A program made the position numbers and the translations under genes. The notes below the pieces were generated by a model. That model made no database searches. It had not been told where the DNA came from and worked only from the letters and a program-made list of their open reading frames with translations. A stretch of DNA of 41,278 nt from a virus. Its lineage: Duplodnaviria > Caudoviricetes. The stretch's first letter is position 1. Every line of letters begins with the position of its first letter. Location of the stretch: the IMG/VR virus record IMGVR_UViG_3300028587_000013, positions 1-41,278 of that record. One strand, 5' to 3'. Shown piece by piece: positions 1 through 7,607 of this stretch.

Positions 1-33
1 GGGGGAGGGCTCGCGCCGCGGTCGGGACGCGAC

Positions 34-62
34 GGAGGGGCCGTCGTAGGAACGGCCCCTCC
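34..62 (-). terminator. 11-bp hairpin after the last accessory gene, possible terminator
   Basis: GGAGGGGCCGT-N7-ACGGCCCCTCC; no U-tract. Confidence 0.4.
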
Positions 63-124
63 CCCGGTCGGTCGGCTGCGGTCGGTGCTTAGCGCGTGCG
101 CTGCTGTGCGTCGTCGAGGTCCGA

Positions 125-487
125 CTAGGTCGACGTGCGCGACGTCCCGTACAGCCCCGAGGCCAGCCGGTCCCGCAGCCACGTCTCATGGCTGCGCTTC
201 ACGAGGAGCACGACGTACCGGCGGTTGATCCCGACGTAGACGCCGTGGGCCTCACCATTCTGAGCGAGGCAGACGCCGCGCTCGTGCAGCGTCGCCACCC
301 CGTCGTAGTAGTTGGGCGACGGTTCGTCGGCGCCGAACACGAGCAGGTGGATCGGGTCGGTGCCGTGGACGGGCACGGCTTCGGGCTCGCCCGGGCACTC
401 GGGGTCGTGGTCCTGATCGGGCAGCGAGCCGCAGCCACGGCAGTAGTCGGTCCACCCGCTATAGGTGTTCACGTTGCGCTGGGTCAT
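125..487 (-). CDS. hypothetical protein (N-terminal Cys/His cluster)
   Basis: ORF with AGGAG RBS, overlaps upstream stop; CRGC..H...C. Confidence 0.7.
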   Translation of the reverse strand: MTQRNVNTYSGWTDYCRGCGSLPDQDHDPECPGEPEAVPVHGTDPIHLLVFGADEPSPNYYDGVATLHERGVCLAQNGEAHGVYVGINRRYVVLLVKRSHETWLRDRLASGLYGTSRTST

Positions 488-675
488 CGGTAGCTCCTAA
501 CGGGTCGCGTCCACGCTTCGATGTGGGCGGCGGTCGGGTCTCTCAAGATGCGCTTCCGGTCGAGGGCGGTCACGTTGGTGTGGTGGATCACCTGGCAGTC
601 GCGCCGGGTGATGACGAGGAACGTGCCCGGCCGGTCGCGGCTCGGGCAGTCGGCGGTGACCTCCGCGTCAAGCAT
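484..675 (-). CDS. hypothetical protein
   Basis: Overlap-coupled to both neighbours. Confidence 0.6.
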   Translation of the reverse strand: MLDAEVTADCPSRDRPGTFLVITRRDCQVIHHTNVTALDRKRILRDPTAAHIEAWTRPVRSYR

Positions 676-1330
676 GACGCCGCACCATCACCAGCAGGAC
701 GCCGCCGAGCACAAGCGCCATCGCAATGACAGCGTTGCGGGTCGCCTCACCTCCGGTCGCCGGTAGCGCCATCGGGCGCTCCACCGTCGTCGCTACCGGA
801 GGCTGCGTCGTCGCGACGGTCGGCGGGGCGGGTAGCTCCGGCGCCGTCGTCGGGACCGTGGTCGGCGCCGTCGTCTCGGGCACGTCCGGCGGCACCGTGA
901 CCACCGCGGGCGCCGTCGTCGGGACCGTGGTCGGTGGGGTCGTGGTCGGCGTCGCGTTGCAGCTCTCGCTCGTGCGCGTCGGCAGCGTGTAGGGGTAGTC
1001 CTTCCGGTCGAGCGTCTGCCCGGCCTCGTCCTTCCAGGTGAACGTCACCGTGTAGGTCGCGCCGTTCGCCCGCTCGTTGAACGACCGGGACTCGTGGCCG
1101 GGCACGTACACCTGCTGATCGGTCGTGGTCTGCACCAGCGCCGTCGTGTCCTCCTTGTTGGCCACGGTCACTCGGGCGACGGCGTACAGGGTCGCGCCGT
1201 CGTTGGTCGGGATGCAGGCGGGTTCGCTCACCGACACGGCGCCAGTCCAGGCGATGGCCGGACCGGCGAAGGCGATGAGGCCGACGGCCGCTACGGAAGC
1301 GGCGGCGGCGATGCGGATGGGATGCGTCAT
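668..1330 (-). CDS. LPXTG sortase-anchored surface protein
   Basis: True start MTHPIRIAAAA with GAGAGGA RBS; signal peptide; Thr/Pro-rich stalk; LPATG + hydrophobic helix + RRHA tail. Confidence 0.85.
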   Translation of the reverse strand: MTHPIRIAAAASVAAVGLIAFAGPAIAWTGAVSVSEPACIPTNDGATLYAVARVTVANKEDTTALVQTTTDQQVYVPGHESRSFNERANGATYTVTFTWKDEAGQTLDRKDYPYTLPTRTSESCNATPTTTPPTTVPTTAPAVVTVPPDVPETTAPTTVPTTAPELPAPPTVATTQPPVATTVERPMALPATGGEATRNAVIAMALVLGGVLLVMVRRHA

Positions 1331-1530
1331 TGGAGTTGTCCTCTCGCTGGGGTTACTAGAGCTAGACGGCGGTCGACGGCGGGTATGACGCCCGCAGCGC
1401 GGCACCACGCACAGATGCCATCGCCGTCCACGTCGTCGCCGGGGGTGTACCGGTTCCCGTCGACGCCGTGCAGGAGCATCGCGCAGGAGCAGCACCGCTT
1501 CGGCTGGGGGTTGCAGAGCGGGCAGCTCAT
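1327..1530 (-). CDS. small Cys-rich (zinc-binding) protein
   Basis: CPLC, CCSC, CAWC; ATGA overlaps. Confidence 0.6.
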   Translation of the reverse strand: MSCPLCNPQPKRCCSCAMLLHGVDGNRYTPGDDVDGDGICAWCRAAGVIPAVDRRLALVTPARGQLQ

Positions 1531-1880
1531 CCGGCCACCTCGCACGGTGCGTCGACCCACGGGCCGTACGTCCGGGTGCGGAGCGCCAGCCTGGCCGCCT
1601 CCGCCGCCGTGTAGCGGAACGTCAGGGCCGGGTCGAGGCGGCCGAGCTGGTAGTAGAACGCCTGCGGCAGATCGAAGTCATGGTCGATGACCGTGACGAC
1701 TTCGATCGGCTGGGAGCCGGGCATGGGGAACTGGACGAGGGCCGTCCGTTCGCACCAGGCGTGCCAGAAACGGCGGCCGCCGTTCTCCGGTCCTCGGCCG
1801 ATCGGGCAGCCGTGGACCAGCGTCAGGGTGTCGTCCGCGAGCTGCAGGCCGAACGCCACCTGGAAGCAGTCGCCGCTCAC
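1527..1880 (-). CDS. hypothetical protein, possible transglutaminase/papain-like fold
   Basis: GDC...LVHG...HAWCE motif pattern. Confidence 0.55.
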   Translation of the reverse strand: MSGDCFQVAFGLQLADDTLTLVHGCPIGRGPENGGRRFWHAWCERTALVQFPMPGSQPIEVVTVIDHDFDLPQAFYYQLGRLDPALTFRYTAAEAARLALRTRTYGPWVDAPCEVAG

Positions 1881-2062
1881 GACTTCCCCCTGATCCGGCG
1901 GGCGGCCTCGTACAGCAGGGCCTCGCGCTGCGCCCGACCGAACGTGGTCGGCTGCTCGGCCATCGTGAACAGCCGATGGGCCAGGGCCTCGTCGGTCAGG
2001 GCGATGGCGACCATCCGCTCAGCGCGGACGGTGGCCTCGTAGGTCTGACGGTCGATGCTCAT
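1877..2062 (-). CDS. hypothetical protein
   Basis: Overlap-coupled ORF. Confidence 0.65.
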   Translation of the reverse strand: MSIDRQTYEATVRAERMVAIALTDEALAHRLFTMAEQPTTFGRAQREALLYEAARRIRGKS

Positions 2063-2247
2063 GAGACACCGACCTTCCAGGTACGCGGCGTGGCCGTGCC
2101 CTTGACGTGCTTCCAGGCGGCGAGCCCGACCCGGTCAGCCGACCGGCGCTCGATCCCCTTCAAGCACACCCGGCAGATCGGCACCGTCACCGCGGTGCTC
2201 ATACCCCGACCGTTGTCCACGGTCGGCCTTGCGAAGTGCTGCTGCAT
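2059..2247 (-). CDS. hypothetical protein
   Basis: Start MQQHF after GAGGAGGAG RBS. Confidence 0.5.
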   Translation of the reverse strand: MQQHFARPTVDNGRGMSTAVTVPICRVCLKGIERRSADRVGLAAWKHVKGTATPRTWKVGVS

Positions 2248-2256
2248 CGTTCCTGG

Positions 2257-2327
2257 CTCCTCCTCGTGGTGCGGACCATCCGTACCGTGCCCGGCCCCAT
2301 CGCACGGGGCCATCGCGCTGCGGACGC
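2257..2327 (-). promoter_or_regulatory. Structured intergenic leader element, copy A
   Basis: Minus strand CGTCCGCAGCG-hairpin-CGGTACGGATGGTCCGCACCACGAGGAGGAG; homologous to 2841-2915 and 3683-3752. Confidence 0.75.
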
Positions 2328-2441
2328 TCAGTCCTCCTCGGGTTGCGGGTTGCGGAGGCCGACCCTGTGGGCCAGCCGGAGGCCGAGGGTGCCGCAGCAC
2401 CCCAGGCCGGTCAGGGCGGCGAAGTAGGCGAGCGCCATCAT
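2328..2441 (-). CDS. small hydrophobic protein
   Basis: MMALAYFAALTGLG..., ATGA overlap. Confidence 0.5.
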   Translation of the reverse strand: MMALAYFAALTGLGCCGTLGLRLAHRVGLRNPQPEED

Positions 2442-2593
2442 CGTGCCGCCGCCAGTAGCTCGGACGTGTGCTCCAACCGGATCGAGTTGGAGTGAGGGAA
2501 CTGCTTGCGGGCGACGGGCCACGCAACCGAGGCGGTAGGAGCCTCGACCACGACCGGCTCGTCGTAGCCCTCGGCGTAGGCGGTGAACGTCAT
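2438..2593 (-). CDS. hypothetical protein
   Basis: MTFTAYAEG..., GGAGG RBS, overlap. Confidence 0.6.
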   Translation of the reverse strand: MTFTAYAEGYDEPVVVEAPTASVAWPVARKQFPHSNSIRLEHTSELLAAAR

Positions 2594-2835
2594 CGGACCG
2601 CCTCCAGCGTGTCGGCCGACGTGTCGGCGTCGTTGCAGCCGCAGCCGAACGACCACCAGGAGATCGGAGCGCCGGTGAAACCAGGGCCGGAACCGAACCC
2701 GGTGACGACCTGCCAGCCGTGCTCGTCGCATTGCCCGACCGGGACCAGCATCATCGCCTCGACCACGGCGACTGCCACCTCCTCATCATCGAACCACGGG
2801 TCCGACCATCCCATGTCCTCGTGCAGCTCGTTCAT
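2590..2835 (-). CDS. hypothetical acidic protein
   Basis: GAGAGGAG RBS; CDEH and CGC motifs. Confidence 0.7.
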   Translation of the reverse strand: MNELHEDMGWSDPWFDDEEVAVAVVEAMMLVPVGQCDEHGWQVVTGFGSGPGFTGAPISWWSFGCGCNDADTSADTLEAVR

Positions 2836-2840
2836 CGTGA

Positions 2841-2915
2841 CTCCTCTCGTGGTTGCGGACCACCCGCACCGTGCGACCCCCGAACCGAAGCCCGGGGATC
2901 GAGGCGCTACGGATG
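2841..2915 (-). promoter_or_regulatory. Structured intergenic leader element, copy B
   Basis: Minus strand CATCCGTAGCG-hairpin-CGGTGCGGGTGGTCCGCAACCACGAGAGGAG. Confidence 0.75.
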
Positions 2916-2918
2916 CGC

Positions 2919-3677
2919 CTACTTCGTCGCCGCGACCTTCTTCGCGGCGGGCTTCGTCGCCGCCTTCTTGGCCGGAGCCTTCGCCGTGCCGTTCGCCTTG
3001 GCCGGTGCCTTCTTCACTCCCAGCTTCGCGGCAGCGGCCTCCTGAGCCTTGCTCATGCCCTTCGTGGCCGGAGCCTTCGTCCCGACCTTCCCGCCCAGGT
3101 TGGCGAACGTCGGCCGGAACCGGCTCGGGCTGGCAGCGAACCCCGCAGCCGTGAACGCCTTACGGGTCTGCGGCCGTGATGCCGTCGGGTTCTCGGTCAG
3201 GTACTTCTTCATCCAGTCGTGCAGCTCGGCGTCGGTCACCGTGCTCAGACCGGAAACCGTGCTCCTGCCACCGCCGTTCGATCCCGACTTGCGGGCCGCC
3301 TTCACCTTGTCGACCATCCTGATTCCCTTCGCATGTTCAGCCTGGACCTTGTCCAGGTTGGGGGTAGCTGGCTTCGGGCCCCGACGGCCATTCGATGACC
3401 ACCGCTGCACCGCTTCATGCTCGACCTTGCTCAACCGGAGCATCAGGATCGCGTCCTTCGCCGCGGCCTCGGCCGGGTTCTTCTTCTCGACCGCCTTCGC
3501 CGACCTCGCAACCAGCCGGTCGAACTGGGCTGCTTTCACCGCGGGCTTCGTCGCCTTCGTGGCTGCCCGCTTCTCGGCCGAAGTCGCCTGCCGGGTAGTC
3601 ACCGGATTCGGTGCCACCCGGTTCAACCTCGGTGCCTTCTTCTCGGCTGCGGTCCTTAGGGTCTGACTCGTGGACAT
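2919..3677 (-). CDS. Lys/Ala-rich histone H1-like DNA-binding protein
   Basis: Start MSTSQ after GAGAGGAG; C-terminal KKAPAKKAATKPAAKKVAATK tail. Confidence 0.75.
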   Translation of the reverse strand: MSTSQTLRTAAEKKAPRLNRVAPNPVTTRQATSAEKRAATKATKPAVKAAQFDRLVARSAKAVEKKNPAEAAAKDAILMLRLSKVEHEAVQRWSSNGRRGPKPATPNLDKVQAEHAKGIRMVDKVKAARKSGSNGGGRSTVSGLSTVTDAELHDWMKKYLTENPTASRPQTRKAFTAAGFAASPSRFRPTFANLGGKVGTKAPATKGMSKAQEAAAAKLGVKKAPAKANGTAKAPAKKAATKPAAKKVAATK

Positions 3678-3682
3678 TGCTA

Positions 3683-3752
3683 CTCCTCTCGTGGTGCGGA
3701 ACCGTCCGTACCGCTCAGGCCCGGCATTACCCGGACCTGACCGCTGCGGGCG
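3683..3752 (-). promoter_or_regulatory. Structured intergenic leader element, copy C
   Basis: Minus strand CGCCCGCAGCG-hairpin-CGGTACGGACGGTTCCGCACCACGAGAGGAG. Confidence 0.75.
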
Positions 3753-3753
3753 T

Positions 3754-3975
3754 TTACCAGGGCTCACATCCCAGATTCTCGCTGTTCCTGGGATCGGCCT
3801 TTCTTTCCGCGGTGTGATTGATGCTGCATCCCTGCGTGCACCGCTCGCAGTAGCCGTCCTCGTCGCGGTCGGCGATCATCCGCTCTTCGACGCAGCCTTG
3901 GCAATACTTGTAGCCGTCCTTCGGCTTGGTTTCACCGCAGCGAGGGCAGGGCTTGGTCTGCGACCGCTCGGTCAT
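3754..3975 (-). CDS. small zinc-finger protein
   Basis: CPRC, CQGC, CERC..C..H. Confidence 0.7.
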   Translation of the reverse strand: MTERSQTKPCPRCGETKPKDGYKYCQGCVEERMIADRDEDGYCERCTQGCSINHTAERKADPRNSENLGCEPW

Positions 3976-4064
3976 TGGGCACCGGCCATGATCTTGGCGC
4001 GTGCTTCGGCGATCGCCTTATTCATCGCGGCGGTTAGCTCGGTCAGATTCGCTGGCTTCGTCAT
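3972..4064 (-). CDS. 30-aa helical peptide
   Basis: MTKPANL... after GAGAGGAG RBS; stop overlaps next start. Confidence 0.55.
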   Translation of the reverse strand: MTKPANLTELTAAMNKAIAEARAKIMAGAQ

Positions 4065-4112
4065 CCTGACTCCTCTCGCCCTGGAGGGGTCCGTCCTCCC
4101 CAGGCAGCCCCA

Positions 4113-4166
4113 AACGTACCCTGACCAGGGCTTACGCGTCCAGACCCTCGCGTACGCCCTGGTCAG
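4113..4166 (-). promoter_or_regulatory. Putative promoter (TGGACG-N18-TACGTT) overlapped by an 18-bp inverted repeat (operator-like)
   Basis: CTGACCAGGGCTTACGCG-N10-CGCGTACGCCCTGGTCAG at 4121-4166, one mismatch. Confidence 0.55.
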
Positions 4167-4201
4167 AGGCATCGCGGGCCGGGCTCCTCCCGACCCTTCC
4201 C

Positions 4202-4621
4202 CTATGCAGGCCTGCGGGTAGGGGCTATCCGCACCCCGACCGGACTCGGAAGTCCCGCCGCCCATTCCTCCAGCTCAGACGGCCACGTACGTGCCCGCAA
4301 TCGAGGTGATGGCAGATCAGCGTGGACCGCCACGTACACGTCGTCACCCTCGATCGACGCGAGGCCGAAGTCTGATAGCCGGCGCAATGACTTGACGATG
4401 TTCGTGCCCTTGCGGGTCGTGCCACGCAACCCCACCATCGCGCCGAGCAGCTCAGCATCGACGGCGGTGTCGAAGCCTTGCGAGGAGCGGGACAGGAACA
4501 GGCTGTTCGCCCGCCGCCACACGATGAGACTCGACGGACCGATGACCGGCGCCCATCCCACCTCGAGTTCGTGGACGAGAGCGTGGTAGGCGCCGTCACG
4601 ATTCCACGGTCGGACGTTCAT
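4202..4621 (-). CDS. winged-helix protein resembling DnaB/DnaD-type N-terminal domains
   Basis: WAPVIGPSS..VWRR and SLRRLSDFGLA motifs; GAGGAG RBS. Confidence 0.55.
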   Translation of the reverse strand: MNVRPWNRDGAYHALVHELEVGWAPVIGPSSLIVWRRANSLFLSRSSQGFDTAVDAELLGAMVGLRGTTRKGTNIVKSLRRLSDFGLASIEGDDVYVAVHADLPSPRLRARTWPSELEEWAAGLPSPVGVRIAPTRRPA

Positions 4622-4801
4622 GGTGTCTCCTCGGGGTCGATGCCCGCGGCGGCGAGCAGTTCGTCTAGCGGGTCGGGCTCGCAATGCAGGACCGCTAGCC
4701 GCTGCGGCTGGCGACCGAACTGCGCCCACTCGCGGTGACGCTGGACAGGTCGACGCCGCCGACGTAGACGTGGGCGCCAGCGGCGGTGCGGTGCCAGGGC
4801 A

Positions 4802-4981
4802 TCAGCCGTCATCCAACATCTGCACGAGGGCGTCGATGGTGGTGTTGAGCCCGAACAGCATGTCGCGGAACGCGCCGTTCAGGCCGCGGGCCTCAGAGGC
4901 GAGGCCGTGGGCGCGGGCACCGGCCCGGGCCATCTCCTCCAGGGCGTCGCGCACCTGGGCGGGGTTGTCGAGGTTCAGCAT
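4802..4981 (-). CDS. hypothetical helical protein (59 aa, not in ORF track)
   Basis: MLNLDNPAQVRDALEEM...LDDG*; GAGGCGG RBS. Confidence 0.6.
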   Translation of the reverse strand: MLNLDNPAQVRDALEEMARAGARAHGLASEARGLNGAFRDMLFGLNTTIDALVQMLDDG

Positions 4982-5457
4982 CCGGCACCGCCTCGCCCGG
5001 TCACCGGGTCACCGGCTAGGAACCAGTGGCGGCACCAGCCGGACTGGTCGTACAGCTCCTTTGCTTTCACCGTCGAGGACCAGGCGTCACCGCACCCGTT
5101 CGGCGGGCAGCTCTTATGGCACATCTGCCACCAGCCGACGCAGCCGACCTCGTTCACGATCGACTCCTTGCAGCCACCCTCCCGGCCGATGATGTAGTCG
5201 GCGACGGCCAGGTCGTGGCCGGACCAGAACGCAGCCAGGATCGGCGTCGCGTCCGGACAGCAGGGCGTGACCCGGCCGGCGGTCGCGAACCGGCACCGGA
5301 ACGTGCCGTACAACCCGGCGAGCGGGTCCACCGGTATCTGCGGGGGTGGTTCGGCGACCTGCACCGTGACCGCGGTGCGAACCGCGGGGACGGCAGCCTC
5401 GATGGGGGCTGTCCCGCCGGGGAGGACGAACGCGAGGATGGCAGCAACGACAGTCAT
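4975..5457 (-). CDS. secreted lysozyme-fold/lytic transglycosylase-like protein
   Basis: Hydrophobic N-terminus; IIGREGG (catalytic Glu-like), GWWQM, AKELY..SGW motifs; many Cys. Confidence 0.6.
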   Translation of the reverse strand: MTVVAAILAFVLPGGTAPIEAAVPAVRTAVTVQVAEPPPQIPVDPLAGLYGTFRCRFATAGRVTPCCPDATPILAAFWSGHDLAVADYIIGREGGCKESIVNEVGCVGWWQMCHKSCPPNGCGDAWSSTVKAKELYDQSGWCRHWFLAGDPVTGRGGAGC

Positions 5458-5753
5458 CAGGCACCGTCCTCGTCATCTTCGGTGATGAGCAGACCGTTGA
5501 GGTAGTCGCCGAGGTTGGCCCAATGGTGACCAGCGCACGCCATTGCTTGGAGTTCGAACTCCATCTCGACGTGACGACCCAGTTCGAGCACGACGATCTC
5601 ATTGAGAATCGGGTGGGGGCCGACCGTGATGAAACCGCGTGACACAAGGCCCAGAGTGTGAAGCAGCTTCCGTGCTTCGTTTGAGGTGGGCTGCTCCCAC
5701 GAGATGCCGAAGACGAGGTCGGTGTCGTAGCCGATGTCTGAATCAGTCGTCAT
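5457..5753 (-). CDS. hypothetical protein
   Basis: Start MTTDSD, ATGA overlap. Confidence 0.6.
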   Translation of the reverse strand: MTTDSDIGYDTDLVFGISWEQPTSNEARKLLHTLGLVSRGFITVGPHPILNEIVVLELGRHVEMEFELQAMACAGHHWANLGDYLNGLLITEDDEDGA

Positions 5754-5965
5754 CCGACCTGCTCCACGAGTGGGCGCAGCGTCCCCGACCGGCCCGACTC
5801 CCACGCGACGAGGCCCTTGTTGCGGAGACGGGAGACGATGCGATACGTGCTAGCGCGGGACTTCCAGCCGCACAGGCGGGCGACGTCGTTGAACGTCTGA
5901 GCGCCAGCGACGACGGCGAGCAGGGCTCGGGTTTCTTCACCGAGAATCGCTCCAGGTGGGGTCAT
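5750..5965 (-). CDS. LexA-N-like winged HTH DNA-binding protein
   Basis: TFNDVARLCGWKSRASTYRIVSRLRNKGLV...GRSGTLR. Confidence 0.7.
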   Translation of the reverse strand: MTPPGAILGEETRALLAVVAGAQTFNDVARLCGWKSRASTYRIVSRLRNKGLVAWESGRSGTLRPLVEQVG

Positions 5966-6132
5966 CGGTGTATCTCCTCGTGTCGAGTGCGGTGACCGAA
6001 GTCGTCGAACGTTGCTGTGCACCACCGGCAGTGGAGCCACCCGCCGCGGGCGGCGTAGCGGCGCTCCCGGCTGCGGCGTCGGCGTTCCCGTTTCCGGTGG
6101 GGTTGCTGGCCGGGCGAGTCGGGGGTGCTCAT
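5962..6132 (-). CDS. Arg-rich motif + C2H2-type zinc finger protein (56 aa)
   Basis: HRKRERRRRSRERRY followed by C-x2-C-x3-F-x8-H-x3-H; GGAG RBS; ATGA overlaps at both ends. Confidence 0.65.
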   Translation of the reverse strand: MSTPDSPGQQPHRKRERRRRSRERRYAARGGWLHCRWCTATFDDFGHRTRHEEIHR

Positions 6133-6320
6133 GACGTCTCCAACTGGTGGAGGCGGACGGTGACGACGACGATCATCACGATCGACGCGCCGATGAGGGC
6201 GGACGTCACGAGCTTTGTCCACAGCGCAGCGTCAGAGGCGATGAGGAAGGCGAGCCACGCCACGTACAGCGGTAGCAGCACGCACCAGAAGCGGCGGAGG
6301 CGTCGGAGGCCGTAGGTCAT
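6129..6320 (-). CDS. small two-TM membrane protein
   Basis: Basic N-terminus, two hydrophobic segments. Confidence 0.65.
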   Translation of the reverse strand: MTYGLRRLRRFWCVLLPLYVAWLAFLIASDAALWTKLVTSALIGASIVMIVVVTVRLHQLETS

Positions 6321-6562
6321 GACGCCTCGTCTCCGGGGACGTCGAGTTTCACGTCGAGGTCGGCTTCGGCGATGGCGCGTAGCACGAGACCCCACGCCAT
6401 CATCGACGTGTCCCACCCGTTGAGTCGCATGGTCAGCAGACTCTTGTCGGACGCGCCGGCGAACGACACGTCGAGGCGGGCAGCGCAGTCATCCACGACA
6501 GGCTTGAGCTTGGTCAGGGTTTCGTCGGTGACGAGCGCGACGATCGGGTTGAGCTTGCTCAT
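6317..6562 (-). CDS. hypothetical protein
   Basis: GAGGAG RBS, overlaps. Confidence 0.7.
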   Translation of the reverse strand: MSKLNPIVALVTDETLTKLKPVVDDCAARLDVSFAGASDKSLLTMRLNGWDTSMMAWGLVLRAIAEADLDVKLDVPGDEAS

Positions 6563-6825
6563 CTGTTCTCCTCATCGGCGACGAGGTGTACCCGAGGCAC
6601 GACCGCTTGGCTGAGGTCGAACGTGGATTCGCCCCACGCGACCGTCACCCGCGCCACGGTGCCGACCTCAATGTCGTCGCCGAAGTAGGTGCAGTTGATC
6701 GTGAGCGTCTGGTAGGCGAAGTCGATGCCATCGCCCAACCTGAGCGTCGCGTAACGCTGCGGCTCGGGCCCGGGTGTCGCTGCGATCTGCTCGACCTGGC
6801 CGATGACCTGCGTGATGACCTTCAT
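6559..6825 (-). CDS. hypothetical beta-rich protein
   Basis: Start MKVITQ, ATGA overlap. Confidence 0.65.
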   Translation of the reverse strand: MKVITQVIGQVEQIAATPGPEPQRYATLRLGDGIDFAYQTLTINCTYFGDDIEVGTVARVTVAWGESTFDLSQAVVPRVHLVADEENR

Positions 6826-7037
6826 GCGATCACCCGCCAGCGGTCCTGGCCAGGGATGAGCATCAACCCGCGGCCGTTGTCCCAGTCGACCCACATCTGG
6901 GCGCCGTTGCCGCCCGTCACGGTCCCGGTCGTGCCGGGCTCGATCGGGCAGGGGTCGTCGCTCATGTGGACCAGTTCGATGCGAGTGCCTGGCTCGACGG
7001 GGCACGGCTCGCGTAGGCGATCCCAGGAAGTAGTCAT
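6822..7037 (-). CDS. DUF4314 family protein
   Basis: GTRIELVHM.DDP.PIEPGT.GTV....WDNG..L.L signature. Confidence 0.85.
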   Translation of the reverse strand: MTTSWDRLREPCPVEPGTRIELVHMSDDPCPIEPGTTGTVTGGNGAQMWVDWDNGRGLMLIPGQDRWRVIA

Positions 7038-7267
7038 GACGTCTCCTCTCGTTGAGCGACGAGCGCCATGTGGCCGTCGCTGGTGATGTACAACTTCATG
7101 CCGTGCTCGGCCGCGCGGGCGTAGCCCTCCTCGACGAGCCAGCGGGCGGACTGCCAGTAGATCGACGGCGGCACGTACTGGCCTTCGGCCATGCGGGTCA
7201 CGTTGGAGATGAACACGGAGCCGTACTGGTCGAGCACCTCCAACGCGCGCAGACGGGCCGGGGTCAT
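7034..7267 (-). CDS. small winged-helix-like protein
   Basis: MTPARLRALEVL...WLVEEGYA...ITSDG. Confidence 0.6.
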   Translation of the reverse strand: MTPARLRALEVLDQYGSVFISNVTRMAEGQYVPPSIYWQSARWLVEEGYARAAEHGMKLYITSDGHMALVAQREETS

Positions 7268-7425
7268 CGGACGCCCCTCCCCAGCGCGCCCGTCCGCACG
7301 GCGCGGACGTTCTTGGCCCCCAGGTCGTAGCCCATCTCGCGAAGGTCGGCGGCGGTGAAGTAGCCCCACTCGCGCCCGTTGTGCGTGAGCACGTAAACCG
7401 TGGTTTCCCGTCGAAAGTCAGTCAT
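7264..7425 (-). CDS. hypothetical protein
   Basis: Start MTDFRR, overlaps. Confidence 0.55.
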   Translation of the reverse strand: MTDFRRETTVYVLTHNGREWGYFTAADLREMGYDLGAKNVRAVRTGALGRGVR

Positions 7426-7607
7426 GGCGTGTTCCGTTCGGCTCGGGCGTTGACGTCCCACTGGCGACCCCACTCGCGCTCGCGCCGTTTGGCAGTGGCG
7501 ACGAGCGCGACCCTGTCAGGGTGGTAGGGGCCGGCTGCGTCGCGGGCCTGCACGGCGTGCTGCCACAGCCGGTACAGGAACCGCTCTCGGCTACGTGACG
7601 GCATCAT
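7422..7607 (-). CDS. hypothetical basic protein
   Basis: Start MMPSRS, overlaps. Confidence 0.55.
   Translation of the reverse strand: MMPSRSRERFLYRLWQHAVQARDAAGPYHPDRVALVATAKRREREWGRQWDVNARAERNTP

Noticed and set aside
2257-3752. CRISPR array or integron attC interpretation of the intergenic repeats
   Set aside because: Repeats are separated by whole genes, lack attC RYYYAAC/GTTRRRY ends, and there is no cas or integron integrase
4618-4812. Possible second frameshifted gene (MPWHRT... versus ...EPDPLDELLAAAGID)
   Set aside because: No slippery site or family motif; cannot choose a frame
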